Source of the DNA: Paraspadella gotoi
Taxonomy: Eukaryota; Animalia; Chaetognatha
Assembly (NCBI GenBank): GCA_051294375.1
Contig: CM119268.1
Coordinates: 3,624,541-3,688,540, forward strand
Direction of reading: 5' to 3'
DNA length: 64,000 bases
Shown: one piece after another, positions 39,701 through 53,631 of the stretch
How the letters are laid out: every line of letters begins with the position of its first letter
Position numbering within the stretch: position 1 is the stretch's first letter
The notes under the pieces: generated by a model
The model's input: only the letters and a program-made list of their open reading frames with translations
Database searches by the model: none
Told to the model about the DNA's origin: nothing
Translations under genes and position numbers: made by a program

Positions 39701-40419
39701 GTCTCTCTCCTCTCTCTCTCTTCTCTCTCTCTCTCTGCCAAAAAAAAAGCTTGGAATGAAGTAGAGTAATTTTAAGTTAGAAAAAACAAGACTTTGGCAA
39801 TGCTTCGTCACTTCCTGGTCAGCTTTCTTAAGTCGCTCTTACTCAAGTATATAGTGTCATCATTGTCTATTTTTGTTCAGTCCTTAGCCAGTGTCGTCAC
39901 GTCAGTTTTCAATGTTCTTACTAAGCTTAGTGTTCCAGAGAAGGTGCGTCTCCTTCAGAGATGTCTGTAGTCGTTAATGGTTGATTTGTCTGCTTCTGGT
40001 GTGTACGTGACTAGTTTCGCCACATCCTCTTCTGTTCACTCACACTTTGTGTCAATTTACACTGACAAGTTTTGTCACAGTTTTATAAGAACTTCACTGT
40101 GTATTTAATCTTGTTAATCTTTGTCAGTTCTCTCTCTCGTTTCTATTCTGTCTTTCCATTCAGTTTGTATCATTAGGTCATTTTTGGTCATTCATCATAG
40201 GTATGATTTAAGTTGTTACTTTTGTCCGTTTAAAGATTCACAAATCTCTCTAATATGGTCACCTGGCTCTCTAGCCCAAGCTTTCAGTTTCCTTTTTTGT
40301 TCTTTCTTTGTCTGTTTGGGTCACCTGAGAAACTTTGGGGTGATAACTCATGAGTAACTATGTGATATAATGACATTCCTGTCAGAATCGTCCTCTGCCT
40401 CTTCTCATTTCTGTCTGTT

Positions 40420-40620
40420 TTATCATTATCATTCTCTACCCAACTATCATTATCATAATCATTCTACACCCAACTATTATTATCATAATCATTCACCAAT
40501 GCACTGTCATTATCATTATCCACTCCATTCTCATTATCATAATCATTCTCCACTCCACCATCATTATTATCTTCATTCTCCACTCCACTATCATTATCAT
40601 TAACATTCTCCACACCTCCA
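40420..40620 (+). repeat. ~24-bp His-codon-like minisatellite (CATTATCATAATCATTCTCCACT)
   Basis: About 8 degenerate tandem units. Confidence 0.75.
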
Positions 40621-40944
40621 CGCATTTTAATTCTTATCGCCCGACTTCTCTTCGCTCCGCGTTTCCCTCTTTTTATCTCCATCGTCGACTTTAAATAAAC
40701 AAAAGATAAAAAAAAAAAGTTTTAATAAAACTGAAGATTTTTTTATAGATTTTAATTTCGCGATAGCGAAATTAATTTTCGAGACACATGTATATATAAA
40801 CAATTGTTTTCGAGTTTAACTAAATAATACTTTCTCCCAGTTGACTATTCGCACATTTCCTGCTTGGATGACGCCCGTCCTTGAAAGCCTGACGCCCAAA
40901 ACAGCTTTTTCTTTTCTTCCGGCTTCTTGCGTCTTCATAGCCTG

Positions 40945-41130
40945 ACACCTTGAAGGTGCGAGTTCGATGTTGGCGGCGTCAAGAGTTTGAAGTTTGCGTC
41001 GCCAAAAGTTAGAAGTATGCGGCGCTAAGAGGTTCAGGTTTGCGTAGCCAATAGTTCGAGTTTTGCAGCGCCACGAGTTCGAGTTTTGCAGCGCCAAGAG
41101 TTCCAGGTTTGCGGCGCCTAGAGTTCGAGA
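40945..41130 (+). repeat. 23-bp minisatellite (GAGTTCGAGTTTTGCAGCGCCAA)
   Basis: About 7-8 degenerate tandem units. Confidence 0.75.
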
Positions 41131-41905
41131 TTTCTACTTCATCATAGTTTTTCTCGTTTTTTTCTAAAACTTCGCTACGGACTCTCCGCCTTAAGAGTTG
41201 GATTCATTTAAAACTCATTCGTCTTACGTTTTTTTTCTTCACGTGATCGAGCGGTAGTGAGTTCTCTCGGACTTAAACCAGGTGTTATTCTATCTTTCCG
41301 TGACTCTATGCAGCGCACAGTAAGCGCATACCGCCAGGATAGATGTGCCAGCCTCATTACATAGCGAATTTAAATTGTGATTAAATTGATTAAAATCTCA
41401 ACCCGCCTTACTATTCCTTTGATCTTCACCGCCCGTCACAAATCGCGCGATCCATTTACTCCGATGGCTCCGACCTCACGACATCACGTGAAACGAGGCT
41501 CGTCCCTGGCTGAGGGGTCTGACCCTCGCGTCAACAGCGCCGCCTCGTGGAAGATCGTAAAAACAAAACAAAACAAAAGTCGAAGAGGGGAGGGAGGGAG
41601 GGAGGAGGAGGAGGAGGAGGAGGAGGAAAATGAAGACGAGAAGAACAGGAGTCGATTTTACGATGAAGATAAGGAAAGAGGAATTCTTCTCTCGAGAGTG
41701 GGGTCGAGAAAGGGTTGGGTGAAGTATGGGTGAGTGATGGATTGGTGGGTAATCGGTGAATGCGTGAGAGATTGTAGATTCAATTTGTGAGCAAATGATG
41801 AGTGAGAAGAAAAAAGGCTCGAGTGATTGGGAGACGGATCGAGAGAATTCGCAAGCATTTAAAAATTTGAAATCAAACATTATCAAAACAATGTTGAAAA
41901 TAAGT

Positions 41906-41978
41906 TGCCGAAACCCGGGATTGAACCAGGGACCTTTAGATCTTCAGTCTAACGCTCTCCCGACTGAGCTATTTCGGC
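41906..41978 (-). tRNA. tRNA-Phe: tRNA-Phe(GAA)
   Basis: Minus strand GCCGAAATAGCTCAGTCGGGAGAGCGTTAGACTGAAGATCTAAAGGTCCCTGGTTCAATCCCGGGTTTCGGCA, 73 nt, canonical eukaryotic tRNA-Phe; a TTTT terminator follows within a few nt. Confidence 0.97.
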
Positions 41979-44767
41979 AGTTGACTAAAAGTCGAAATGG
42001 TAACTTTGTAAGCTAACCATTTCGTTTCTGGATTAATGAAATCGCCTTTCCTGTTATCTTTCCTTGTGAAGAAAGCCTATAAGTTAAATCTGAAATGATT
42101 TGACAAGAGAAAGAATTTAAAAAAAAAACAAAGTGACTTTTTGATATCTTCCTACCGATAGAATAATATGGAAAACAAAGAACAATATAAAACATAGAGA
42201 AACGACGGATAAATCTGGAATAATCTTGACAACAACTTGTCATTAACGTTTCCTCCGGACAGTTTGAGGGCCGACATATAAAATTTTCCTTTCCCCCCCC
42301 CCTCCCGCGCGGAATAATAAATCAATTTACATTCGCGACGGAAGGAAAATATAACAAAATTGAAACTTAAATGTTAGAACGAACGGCGGGAAAATCGATT
42401 GAATATAATTAAGGAAATTAAGAGAAATGAAGGGAGGAAATTATATTTCCAGCGGAAATGGAGAAGGGGGGGAGAGAGGGCGGTAATGGGGGGAGAGAAG
42501 GGGTGAGTTTAGGTAAAGGATAAATGTGGAGTGAAAGGGGAAAGGGGTGAGAGGAGAAGAGACAGATTTAGAAGAGGTAAGGCATTAAGGAGGAGTGAAA
42601 GGGAAGGGACATTCATGTTTTCACGCGATTTAATTTCACTCCCTTTTCCTCCCCCCTTCTCCATCCTTTTCCCTCTTCTTTTCCTTCTCCCCCCTCCCTC
42701 TCCTTATTACTTCTCCTTTTATTTCTATTATTTCTTTCCTCTTATATTCCCTTCCCCTCCTCCCCTCCAATATAGACGTGATCACAGTAGCTTCCGAACT
42801 CGCCACACCACTTTCGCCGCCTCGTCATGGATACCTCGTCCCTCATCACGCTCCTTCCGCATCCATCTCTTTCTCGACCCTGCCCCTGCCCCTCCCCTCC
42901 CTCCGCCTCCTCCCTGCGCCTCCCCTCCCGCTTTCATACCTCTCTCCGTACACTCTTCTCTCCTCCCTAGACCCTAGCGTTCACCACCAGACTGTGCCGA
43001 TCCCGCGCTCCTGTCCCCTATATCGACGCGAGCCGTTGTGGCATTCTAGGATCCTCGTTTCCCTTTATTTATTTTTTTATTTCTCTTCTCTCTCTCTATC
43101 TCTCTCTCTCTCTCTCTACTCTTTCTCTCTCTCTCTCTCTCCTCTCTCCGTCGGCGACATTTCCTTCGCCGATCGTGAAGGTCCGCATAAATTTGAAGTT
43201 TGCCGCCAAAAAAAAAAAAAATGCGCGCCAACAGCCGGAAAACGAAAATGAAAAAATTTTCCTATTTTGCCGATTTTTTTTTTTTTTTTTTTTATTTTCA
43301 TTGAATTTTGATAAAAGGTTTTTTTTTTTAATTTGATTTTCTTGTGGTTTTTGGCAATTTTTATTTATTTTTTTTTTTTTGTTTATTTTCGCATTTTTCA
43401 TTCGTCTTGCTACGTGTTCGTGTCCGGTCCACAGTTGAGTTGCAGGGAAACCTACGGGTTGAGGCATGGGTTCGTGGGGGGGGGTTTGCAGAATGAGTAG
43501 GCTTGTTTTATATTTAGATCTGGGTCCAGCAACATTAAAAAAAATTAATAGTTTAAGTTTTCAATTAAACTTGGAAATTCTTTTAAAATTACCAGGACGC
43601 GGATATATTAATTTAGAAAAGCAGAGGCGAGAAATAAAAAAAAGAATCTATTTTTGCACGAATCAGAAGGAAAAGGTCAAAATTTTTCTGTCAAAAAAGA
43701 TCGAGAAAAAAATACGAAGAAAAAGAAAAAAGGAAAAAAATAAATAAGAAAGAAATAAAAGAGAAATAGAGAAAGAAAAAGAAAAATGAAAGAAAAAAAA
43801 AAAGAAAAAAAAAAAGAAAAAAAGAAAAAAAAAAAAGAAAAAAGAAAAAGAAAAAAAAAAAAGAAGACAAGAATCGACGGTTTCATTTTCTTTTCATCTT
43901 TGCAAATTTTTTTTCTTTTGCTCATTTTTGTCGATTTCTTTTCTCGTTTCTGTCGCAGTCTCTCTCTCTCTCTCTCTCTCATCTTCTCTCTCCTCTCTCT
44001 CTTTCTCATCTCTCTCTCTCTCTCTTCTGTCTCTCTCTCTTCTCTCTCTCTCTCTTATCTCCCGCTTTTTTATTCTTTCATTTCCCCTCCCACTTTTTTT
44101 TATTTTCTCTTTTCTTCCTTTGGAAATTTTTTATGCACCGTCGTATTCGTCGTCGTCGTCACCGTCGTCGCGGTCGTCGTCGTCGTCGTCACCCGTCCCT
44201 CCCGCCGGAGGGGACGGCGTCAGATTGCGTCGGGGCGTCCAATAGCCAGCGGCGCCGCGCTAAATAAGCTTTTCTTTTTTTTCTGACTCTTTTTTCCCAT
44301 TTTTTTCCTTTTTTCTTTCATTTTTTTCTATTATTTTTTTAGTCATTTTTTTTCCTCCCAAGTTTTTCCTTCCTGCGTCATTTTTTTATATTTTAGTTAG
44401 ATATAAAACTTTTTTCTTAAATATTTCCATTTTCAATTCAATTTTTTTTTTAGAATATTCTCTTTTTTTTTTAGATTTCTGACTTTCAATTTTTTTTGGG
44501 TGACTTAAACCCAAGGACATTCGCACTGAAATTTAAAAGTTATGTAGAAAGATTAATTATGAAGTCAATTTCAGCGATGAACTTGAACATAAGGAACTTA
44601 CTTAGTTTATCTTGATAATATATACAAAATAAACCAAGAATACTCTGCAACCGATTCCCTTTTGTTTGACCTTTTTCGTGTTTTTCTCTCCAGACGTCGC
44701 TTTTGTTTTTCCCGAAAAAATCGAGATTCGGCGACGAAATTTATTGAAGATCGTTGAACCAAAATGA

Positions 44768-45063
44768 AGGCCGTCGCCAAACCCAAGCGTCGCGCACCAT
44801 AGATGGCGCTACGCATCATTGACTGCGTCGCGCAAAATAGATGGCGCTACGCGTCATTGACAACGTCGCGCACTATAGCGTAGTGCAACGTAGATGACGC
44901 TTTGTGTCATTGACAGTGTCGCGCAACGTTGCGTTGTGAAGCAACGATGGCGCTATTACGTATCATTAACAGCGACCTGTAGCATAGTGTTACGTACCGT
45001 AGATGAAACTACATATCGTTTTCAGCGTCGCGCACCAAAACCATCTTTGGCCATAGCAGACCT
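44768..45063 (+). repeat. Degenerate tandem array of GCGTCGCGCA...TAGATGGCGCTACGCATCATTGAC units
   Basis: About 5 units, with variable 3-20 nt inserts between the two conserved blocks. Confidence 0.7.
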
Positions 45064-45284
45064 GATTCTGTTTCGCCAGCGCCGCAAAAAAATGTTGCAT
45101 ACTTCATGTAATGGGCACATATTTAGCTTGCCTTCAAAGCTAAACATTCCAGTAATGCTCTCTCTCTCTCTCTCTCTCGTCGTCTTCTCTCATCTCTCTT
45201 TCGTTCTCTCCTCTCGCTCCCCCATTCCCTTCGATGTTTCTCTCTATTTATCGTCGGCTTGACCCGGATTTCGTCGCCTAAAAA

Positions 45285-45811
45285 CCGACAACTTCTCTCT
45301 AGGATCGCTTATGTCAAGGAGGAAAAACGTGAAGGGAAAATCTGCTCTGTCTCATCCTCTCTTCTCCTACTCTCGCTCTCATCACGATCTTCTCTTCTCT
45401 CTACTCGTCTAGCTTCGTCTTCGATCTCTATCTCACGTGTATCTCCTATTCCTCTCTCTCTGCTCTGCTAATTTAAATTAAAGACGAATTAAAGAAAGTC
45501 TGTCACTCGCATGCTTTGCTTTTCTTTTGCCAAAAGGATACTAATACTCAGAGGAATTTAAACATTAGACATTAAACCAAGTTGAACAAAGAGACAATAT
45601 TAACTAATAAGTCCAAAAATATGATTTTATGTTCAACTATAATTAAAATCATTAAAAAGTAAACAAATTATTCGAAATTTAATTAATCTAAAATAAATGT
45701 TGATCAAATAAGTTAAGTAAGTTAGACAAAAATATAAATGATTTTAAATTAAATTTCGAAAAACGAAGATATGACAAAAAACTTGACGACGATGAAAACG
45801 ACAAATTTGAT

Positions 45812-45847
<36 letters not shown>

Positions 45848-45925
45848 TACGACTACGACGACGACAACGACGACGCCCCTTAACCACGAGTCTCTTCCTG
45901 GTTGTTTATCTTCTTTGTTTTTTGC

Positions 45926-45973
<48 letters not shown>

Positions 45974-48502
45974 CGTCTCTCTCTCTCTCTCTCTTCTCTC
46001 TCTCTGCTCTCTCTCTCTCTCCCCTCCCTCTTTTTTCGTTTTCGTCGGTGTTCACAACGCTTCGTCTGTCGTTAAGTATAGCAGAAAACACTGCTTTTGT
46101 TTTTTTTTTTTCACTCGTTGAAGGTCGTTCTCTTAGTCGTANNNNNNNNNNNNNNNNNNNNNNNNNAGAGAGAGAGAGAGAGAGAGAGGCAAAAACAAAG
46201 AAGATAAACAACCAGGAAGAGAACCGTAAACAACGAAGAAAAAGTTAAGAGAAAAAAAAAACAGGATTTTTTTCTTGTNNNNNNNNNNNNNNNNNNNNNN
46301 NNNNNNNNNNNNNNNNNNNNNNNNNNNNNNNNNNNNNNNNNNNNNNNNNNNNNNNNNNNNNNNNNNNNNNNNNNNNNNNNNNNNNNNNNNNNNNNNNNNN
46401 NNNNNNNNNNNNNNNNNNNNNNNNNNNNNNNNNNNNNNNNNNNNNNNNNNNNNNNNNNNNNNNNNNNNNNNNNNNNNNNNNNNNNNNNNNNNNNNNNNNN
46501 NNNNNNNNNNNNNNNNNNNNNNNNNNNNNNNNNNNNNNNNNNNNNNNNNNNNNNNNNNNNNNNNNNNNNNNNNNNNNNNNNNNNNNNNNNNNNNNNNNNN
46601 NNNNNNNNNNNNNNNNNNNNNNNNNAGGGAAATTATCGATAGATGCATCTGATTGATCAAGTAGCTTGCCTCTTGGATATGATTGATAAAGCATCGTGCC
46701 TCTTTTGTCTTTTCTGTCTTTTCTTTACATTGAAAAAAGGAAGCAGTCTTTAACCTAACCTCAGGAAACTAACATCAAATATCCCAAGTGGCAAAACTTT
46801 ATTAACTTTTTCCTATCTTTGGTATTTTATGTTAAGAACTCTAATTTCTCAGCCTCAGCCCACAAATTATAGTATTAAAAAGGATATGGTCAATACTAAA
46901 CAATAAACGTTAGTAATTGTCGTGATGAAGAAAGATCAACAAAGAGAAAAAAAAGCATGAAAAAGTATTTTAAAGAAAGTTGACTTTGACTTTTCTTTTC
47001 AACTTGAATTCGCCTCCCGTTGAATTGTTAACATTTTCACCAATTGTGATTTTCAGAGTTTGACGTCATTCAAGAGTTACAACAATAACTGCAACAATAA
47101 AAATACCACTAACGCGAAAACCGCAACAGCGAAAACAAAACCAAAACTCAAACGAAAAAAAAACAAAAAACAAAACCAATATTTTCGTTAAAATCTTCTT
47201 TTTTTTTTTGCGATTCCCTTTTATTCTCCTTTTTATCTTTTTTTTTCCTTTCGATTTCCTCTCTTTTTCCAAAATATTTCGCGTCTCTCCTCCTCCCCTT
47301 TTTTGTCATCATTATTGTCTCACGAATGTTTATCGTTCTTCAATATAACGCCTCCGCGCGTCTTCAATATACAGCGCCTCCATCCTCCCCTTCAATATAG
47401 CGCCCTCCGTCGGCGACTGAAAAAAAAGAAAGATATAAAGCGTCGCCGTCACGTCCGTCACGTTTTCGGACTAGCGGACGCCGCACGGACGCACGCACGG
47501 ACGCCGCACGGACGCACTAGGGAATCGAAGAGAGACGTGCGCACGAAACTGGCGATCGGACGAACGCACGGAACGCACGGACGGACGCATGCACGGACGT
47601 CCGCACGAACTCGTCAAGGGCGCGAGGTCCGAATCTCGATATCTGTCTTTCGACGGAGTTCATTTTCTGGTCAACTCTTCCCTATTGGTGGACTTTGTGA
47701 CTCTCTCTCTCTCTCNNNNNNNNNNNNNNNNNNNNNNNNNAAAAACAAACGAAAAGAGAATAAAACCGACACTTCTCTCTAGGAAATCCGCGTATGTCAA
47801 GGAGAGAAACGTGAGGGAAAACTACTCTCCTCTCTCTCTCTCCTCCTTCTCTCAGTCTCTACTCTCTCATCTCTCCTCTCTCTCTCATCTCTTCTCTCCA
47901 TCTCTTCTCTCGTAATTAAATTAAAGACGAATTAAAGAATAGGTCTGTACTCGCATGCTTGCTTTTCTTTGCCAAAAGATAACTAAACTTCAGAGGAATT
48001 AACATTAGATCATTAAACCAAGTTGAAACAAAGAACAATACTTAACATATAAGTCCAAAAATATGATTTTATGTTCACTATAATTAAATCATTAAAAATA
48101 AACAAATTATTCGAATTTCAATTAATCTAAAATAAAAGTTGATCAAATAAGATTAAGTAAGTTAGACAAAAATAGTTAAATGATTTAAATTAAATTTCGA
48201 AAAACGAAGATATGACAAAAAAAGCTTGACGACGAAGAAACGAGACAATATTTGATGACGAAGACGATACGACGACGATGACGACGACGACTACGAACCT
48301 ACGACGACGACAACGACGACGACACGAGACCGACGACAGCAACAGGACACGACTAAGAGAGACGCCCTCAACGAGGAAAAAAAAAACGAAATACAAACAG
48401 TTTCTGCTTCCATTAACCCGACAGACGACAGCGTTGTGAAACGCCCGACGACAAAAAAGAGGCGAGGGAGAGAGAAGAGAGAGAGAGAGAGAGAAGAGAG
48501 AT

Positions 48503-48543
<41 letters not shown>

Positions 48544-49900
48544 CGCAAGAGACGAGAGAGGCAAAAACAAAGAAGATAAGACAACCAGGAAGAGAACCGT
48601 AAACAACGAAGAAAAAGTTAAAGAGAAAAAAAAAACAGGATTTTTTCTTGTTTTTTTTTTTCTTTGAGTCAACAACAAATAAAGATTTTCTCTAAGAAAA
48701 GAAATTTACTGCCAAATTTGAATAAACTCCTCGTCGTTTTAAGAACTGAAAAAATTAAAAACAAAAACATCGAAGGGAAATACGATAGAGCATCTGATAT
48801 GATCAAGTGCTTGCCTCTTGATATGATGATAAAGACGTGCCTCTTTTGTCTTATTCTGCTTCTTTCATTGAAAAAAAGGAAGCAGTCTTAAACCTAACCT
48901 CAGGAAAACTTAACATCAAATATCCAAGTGGCAAAACTTTAATTAACTTTTTCCTATCTTTGGGTAATTTATGTTAAGAACTCTAAAAATTTCTCACCCA
49001 GCCCACAATTATACAGTATTAAAAAGGAGAATGGTCAATACTAAACAATAAACGTTAGTAATGTCCGTGATGAAGAAAGATCAACAACCGAGAAAAAAAA
49101 GCATGAAAAGTAATGTTTAAAGAAAGATGACTTTGACTTTCTTTCAACTTGAAATTCGCTCCCGTTGAAATGTTAACATTTTCACGCAATTGGATTTCAG
49201 AGTTTGACGTCATTCAAAGAGTACAATAACAAATACGTGCAACAATAATAAAAAACGAACTAACGCGAAAAACCCAACAGCGAAAACAAAACCAAAACCA
49301 AAACGAAAAAAAACAAAAACAAAACCAATATTTTCGTAAAATCTTCTTTTTTTTCCGATCTCACCTTTATCTCCTTTTTATCTTTTTTTTTTTCTTTCGA
49401 TTTCCTCTCTTTTTCACAAATCTTGCGCGTCTCTCCCCTCCCCTTTTTTTGTCATCATTATTGTCTCACGAATGTTTATCGTTTCTTCAATATAACGCCT
49501 GTCCAGCGCGTCTCTCAAAATATACAAGCGCCCTCCCATCCACTCCCCATTCAATATAGCGCACTCCGTCAGCCCCGCCCGTACATGAAAAAAAACGAAG
49601 ATATAAAAGCGTCCGCCGTTTTCACGTCGTCACGTTTTTCGGACTCAGCGGACCGCCGGCATGGACGACCACGCACGAGGACGCCGCAACGGGACGCACT
49701 AGGAACGAAAGAGAGACGTGCAACACCGAAACTGGCGATCCGGACGAAACGCACGGAACGCACGGACGGACGCAATGCACGGAACGTCCGCACGAACTCG
49801 TCAAGGCGCGAAGGTCCGAATCTCGAAATCCTGTCTTTCGACGAGTTCATGTTTCTGGCAACTCATTCCCTTATTGTGACTTGTGACACCTCTCTCCTCT
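45285..49900 (+). repeat. ~2.4-kb tandem duplication (copy A ~45285-47715, copy B ~47763-49900), probably an assembly artefact
   Basis: Colinear unique sequence, e.g. ACTTCTCTCTAGGA at 45291/47771, TAACCTAACCTCAGGAAACT near 46751/48890, and the GC-rich CGCACGGA block near 47480/49660. The copies differ mainly by scattered 1-nt indels and are separated by a short N gap. Confidence 0.85.
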
Positions 49901-52900
49901 CTCATCTCGTCTCATCTCTCTCGTCGTCTCGTCTCTCTCTCTCTCTCTCTCTCCACTCTCATCTCTCTCTCTCTACACTCTCGTCTCTCTCTCTCATTCG
50001 AATTCAGAGGAAATTTATTCTAAGATAACTTCAAAACTATGAAAAATAATTGGTAACATGTGAAGTATGGAATGTAAAAAAATGGAAAAGGTTCCATCTA
50101 TAAATAACTTAAGATGATCTGTATATACAACATATTTTCTTTAATTACCATTTCCTACGTTTATTTATTTAATGAATTTTTAATGTTATATTAGTTAACT
50201 ATTTTTTACATAATTGTTAAAGTACATAATATCCCATGTACGGCTCTCTTACGATCCGTGATTGTAAATTGTGTTTTATTGAACATTACTGAGTCAGGAA
50301 TAAAATCAAATAAATAAATCAAAACTCTACTCTCTCTCTCTCTCTCATTTCCAAGCCCCATATTTTTCCTCTTACCCTTGACCCGCGACACAAGAGGTCG
50401 TCTCTTCCATCACCTGAACCCAAACTTTCTGCATCACATCTTCACCATCAGATCTTCACCATCGCACCTTCACCATCAGATCTTCACCATAACTTCATCT
50501 TCTCCATCACTCATCACACCACCTGATATTCACCTTGAGATCGAATTCTGATTTTTTTTTTCTCCTCGCGAATTTCCGTCCCCTCGATTTACTTTTCCCG
50601 ATAGCGAATTTCCTTCTCTCTCTATGTCTCCGTCTCTTCTTCTCCCTCCCACTCTTCNNNNNNNNNNNNNNNNNNNNNNNNNNNNNNNNNNNNNNNNNNN
50701 NNNNNNNNNNNNNNNNNNNNNNNNNNNNNNNNNNNNNNNNNNNNNNNNNNNNNNNNNNNNNNNNNNNNNNNNNNNNNNNNNNNNNNNNNNNNNNNNNNNN
50801 NNNNNNNNNNNNNNNNNNNNNNNNNNNNNNNNNNNNNNNNNNNNNNNNNNNNNNNNNNNNNNNNNNNNNNNNNNNNACAAACTGACTCTCCTAATCTATT
50901 TCACGCTCGGAAAAACCCTTAAGATTCCAAAGACTTTTCCCCGAAATTATTCTTTCGCTCCGGCGGACGTCTTCGGGTCGTCGTTCGTCGTTCGTCGTCG
51001 TTCGTCGTCGTCGTCGTCGTCGTCGTTTGTCAAAATCCCATTTGCGTTACGCAATAGACTTAATGGGTGATCAACAAGTCATTAGTCGACGAGGGTTGAG
51101 AGCAGCGAATGCGCGATTAATTCGGGAATCGTTTTATCATTTTTAACCAGGAATCGATTTAGTGAGTCTTGAAGGACTTCACAACGAGAGGAAGTGTCTG
51201 ACCCACTTGTCGAATCTGAAACGTCGGGTGACCTTGAAATTTATTCTATTTGTCTTTCAGTTTAAGACATTTCTGAGAATAGTCGATCCCAAAAATAATA
51301 AATGAAATGAAATGAAATAATAAAAGAATATATTAAGTGTCTGAATCCCGGAACCCAGCGAGATCAAAGACCTTAGCAAAGGGCAAGGTTGTAAGAAGAG
51401 GGAATTGAATAGCAAGGTTTGGCAAAAAGAGTGAGAGAACAGAGAGAAAGAGATAGAAAGAAGAAAAAAAGTTTAGAGTTATTATCACTATTTTGCTACA
51501 GGAGTTTAAGAAAAGAGAAAGAAAATTTGAGTTGTAATTTTGGAAGAAGTACTGGGCGAGGGACCCGGGGAACAGANNNNNNNNNNNNNNNNNNNNNNNN
51601 NNNNNNNNNNNNNNNNNNNNNNNNNNNNNNNNNNNNNNNNNNNNNNNNNNNNNNNNNNNNNNNNNNNNNNNNNNNNNNNNNNNNNNNNNNNNNNNNNNNN
51701 NNNNNNNNNNNNNNNNNNNNNNNNNNNNNNNNNNNNNNNNNNNNNNNNNNNNNNNNNNNNNNNNNNNNNNNNNNNNNNNNNNNNNNNNNNNNNNNNNNNN
51801 NNNNNNNNNNNNNNNNNNNNNNNNNNNNNNNNCAAGACAGTCACGGTGGCGCCACGGATATAATAAGAGAAAAAAAGGAAGGAACAAAAATGGGAAGAAG
51901 AAATAGAGAAAAAAGAAAGAAGAAAAAAGAGAAAGAAGCGAAAATAAGAGAATATTGAAAAAGAGCCAAGGACAGGAGAAAATGATTGACTGGGAGGAGA
52001 GGAAGAAAAAAAAAGAAAAAAAATCGTCGTTAGAAAATAGAAAATAGAAATGAAGAAAAAAAGAGAAAGGTAATTGTCGTTTGAAAAATAGAAAATAGAA
52101 AATAGAAAATAGAAAATAGAAAATAGAAAATAGAAAATAGAAAATAGAAAAGAATATTGTCGTTTCAAAAATATAAAAAATTCGAGAAAAATTGAAAATG
52201 GATTCGGAGAAGAAATCCAAAATGAAAAAAAAAATCCGATTGAAGTCAAAGAGAAAACAAAGAGGAAAAACAGTTAAAAGAAACAAAAGATAAAAAGAAA
52301 ACAAGAGAAGAAAAGGAAAAAAACGATTTGAGAAAACAAAAGGGGAAATATAAAAAAGGAGGAAGAAAATAAAGATCAAAAGAAATGGAAGGATGAGAAA
52401 GAAGAAAGAGAGAAGAAAAGGAGAGAGAAGGAGAAAGAAGAAGAGAGGAAGAAAGAGAGAGAAGAAAGAAAGAAAGAAAGAAAGAGAGGAGGAGAAAGAA
52501 AGAAAGAAAGAAAGAGAAAGACGAGTGACGGAAGGAAGGGAAAGCTGCTCTCTCGGCGTTGCTCGTTCTCCTCTGCTGCTCTCGTTGCTCTGCGCTGCCT
52601 CTCCTCGTCGCTGCTCGTCTCTCTCTCTCGTCTCTCTCGTTCTCTCTCTCTCTCTCCGGCTTCTCGGAGCCGACAGCGGTGGCGCCGAGTAAATCGAGTG
52701 TACCAATACGATAATTTATTATAGTCTCCTGTCCCGCAATATGAGACGAGGATTGAGAGGATAGAGAGAGAGAGAGAGGAGAGAGAGGACCCGGAGAGAG
52801 AGAAGAGAGAGAGAGAGTGCAGATGAGAAGAGAGATAGAAGGAGAGAGAGAGGGAGAGAGAGAGGAGAGAGACAGGACGAAGAACGCGAGAGAGAGAGAG

Positions 52901-53574
52901 GAGAGAGAAGAGAGAGAGAGGGAGAGAGGAGGAGAGAGAGAGAGACGTTTCCAGGAATCGACGAGTCGGAAAAGGAGGGAAAGTCGATCCACGATTGAGA
53001 TAAATCGTTCGTTCGAATTTCTCTCTCTTTTTTTTTCGTCCCAAACGAAGACACGCGATGATACCGTCCCGTGGATGGCTTCAATGACCGTCCCATAGCT
53101 AGTATGCTAGCTTCATACTCGTATACTAAAGCTTTATTAGTGGGCGTCCCATAGATGCCCTATTTTTCCCACAGTTGCCTGATAATCCTCACATTTTCGT
53201 TTGATATTAGTATCATACTCACTTTCCTTTCGGTCCATAGTTCTCTACACACACACATTGCGATTTTCTGTGGATGGCTTTTCAAACAACTATTTAACAA
53301 TTGGTTGGACTGGCTTAAGGCCTCCATCCCTCTTACAAGATAATAACCTGAATAATATTAATTCGTTAATTATATCATTAACTTTTAATCAAGACTCTTT
53401 GACAGTTTAATCTATTAACGCCCAATGACAACCTCGTTTAGTACAAGAACGGTCTCTTTTAAAACTTGGCAGAAAATGAGCATCGACGTCGAATCCAGTC
53501 TTTCGATTCTTGAGAAGAATTCATGCGAAAAATAAAGAAATTTGACTCGAGAAAATTCGCGGAATTTGAAAAAA

Positions 53575-53631
<57 letters not shown>

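Noticed and set aside
39800-40380. Possible decayed LINE ORF on the minus strand
   Set aside because: A-rich and coding-like but interrupted by stops, with no RT or endonuclease motif recognisable.
41485-41530. Hammerhead-like GAAACGAGGCTCGTC...CTGAGGG
   Set aside because: The core is CTGAGGG rather than CTGANGA, stem I is too short and no stem II pairing exists.
44787-45035. CRISPR array
   Set aside because: Eukaryotic context, no cas genes, degenerate repeats, and inserts that are irregular in length and related to one another.
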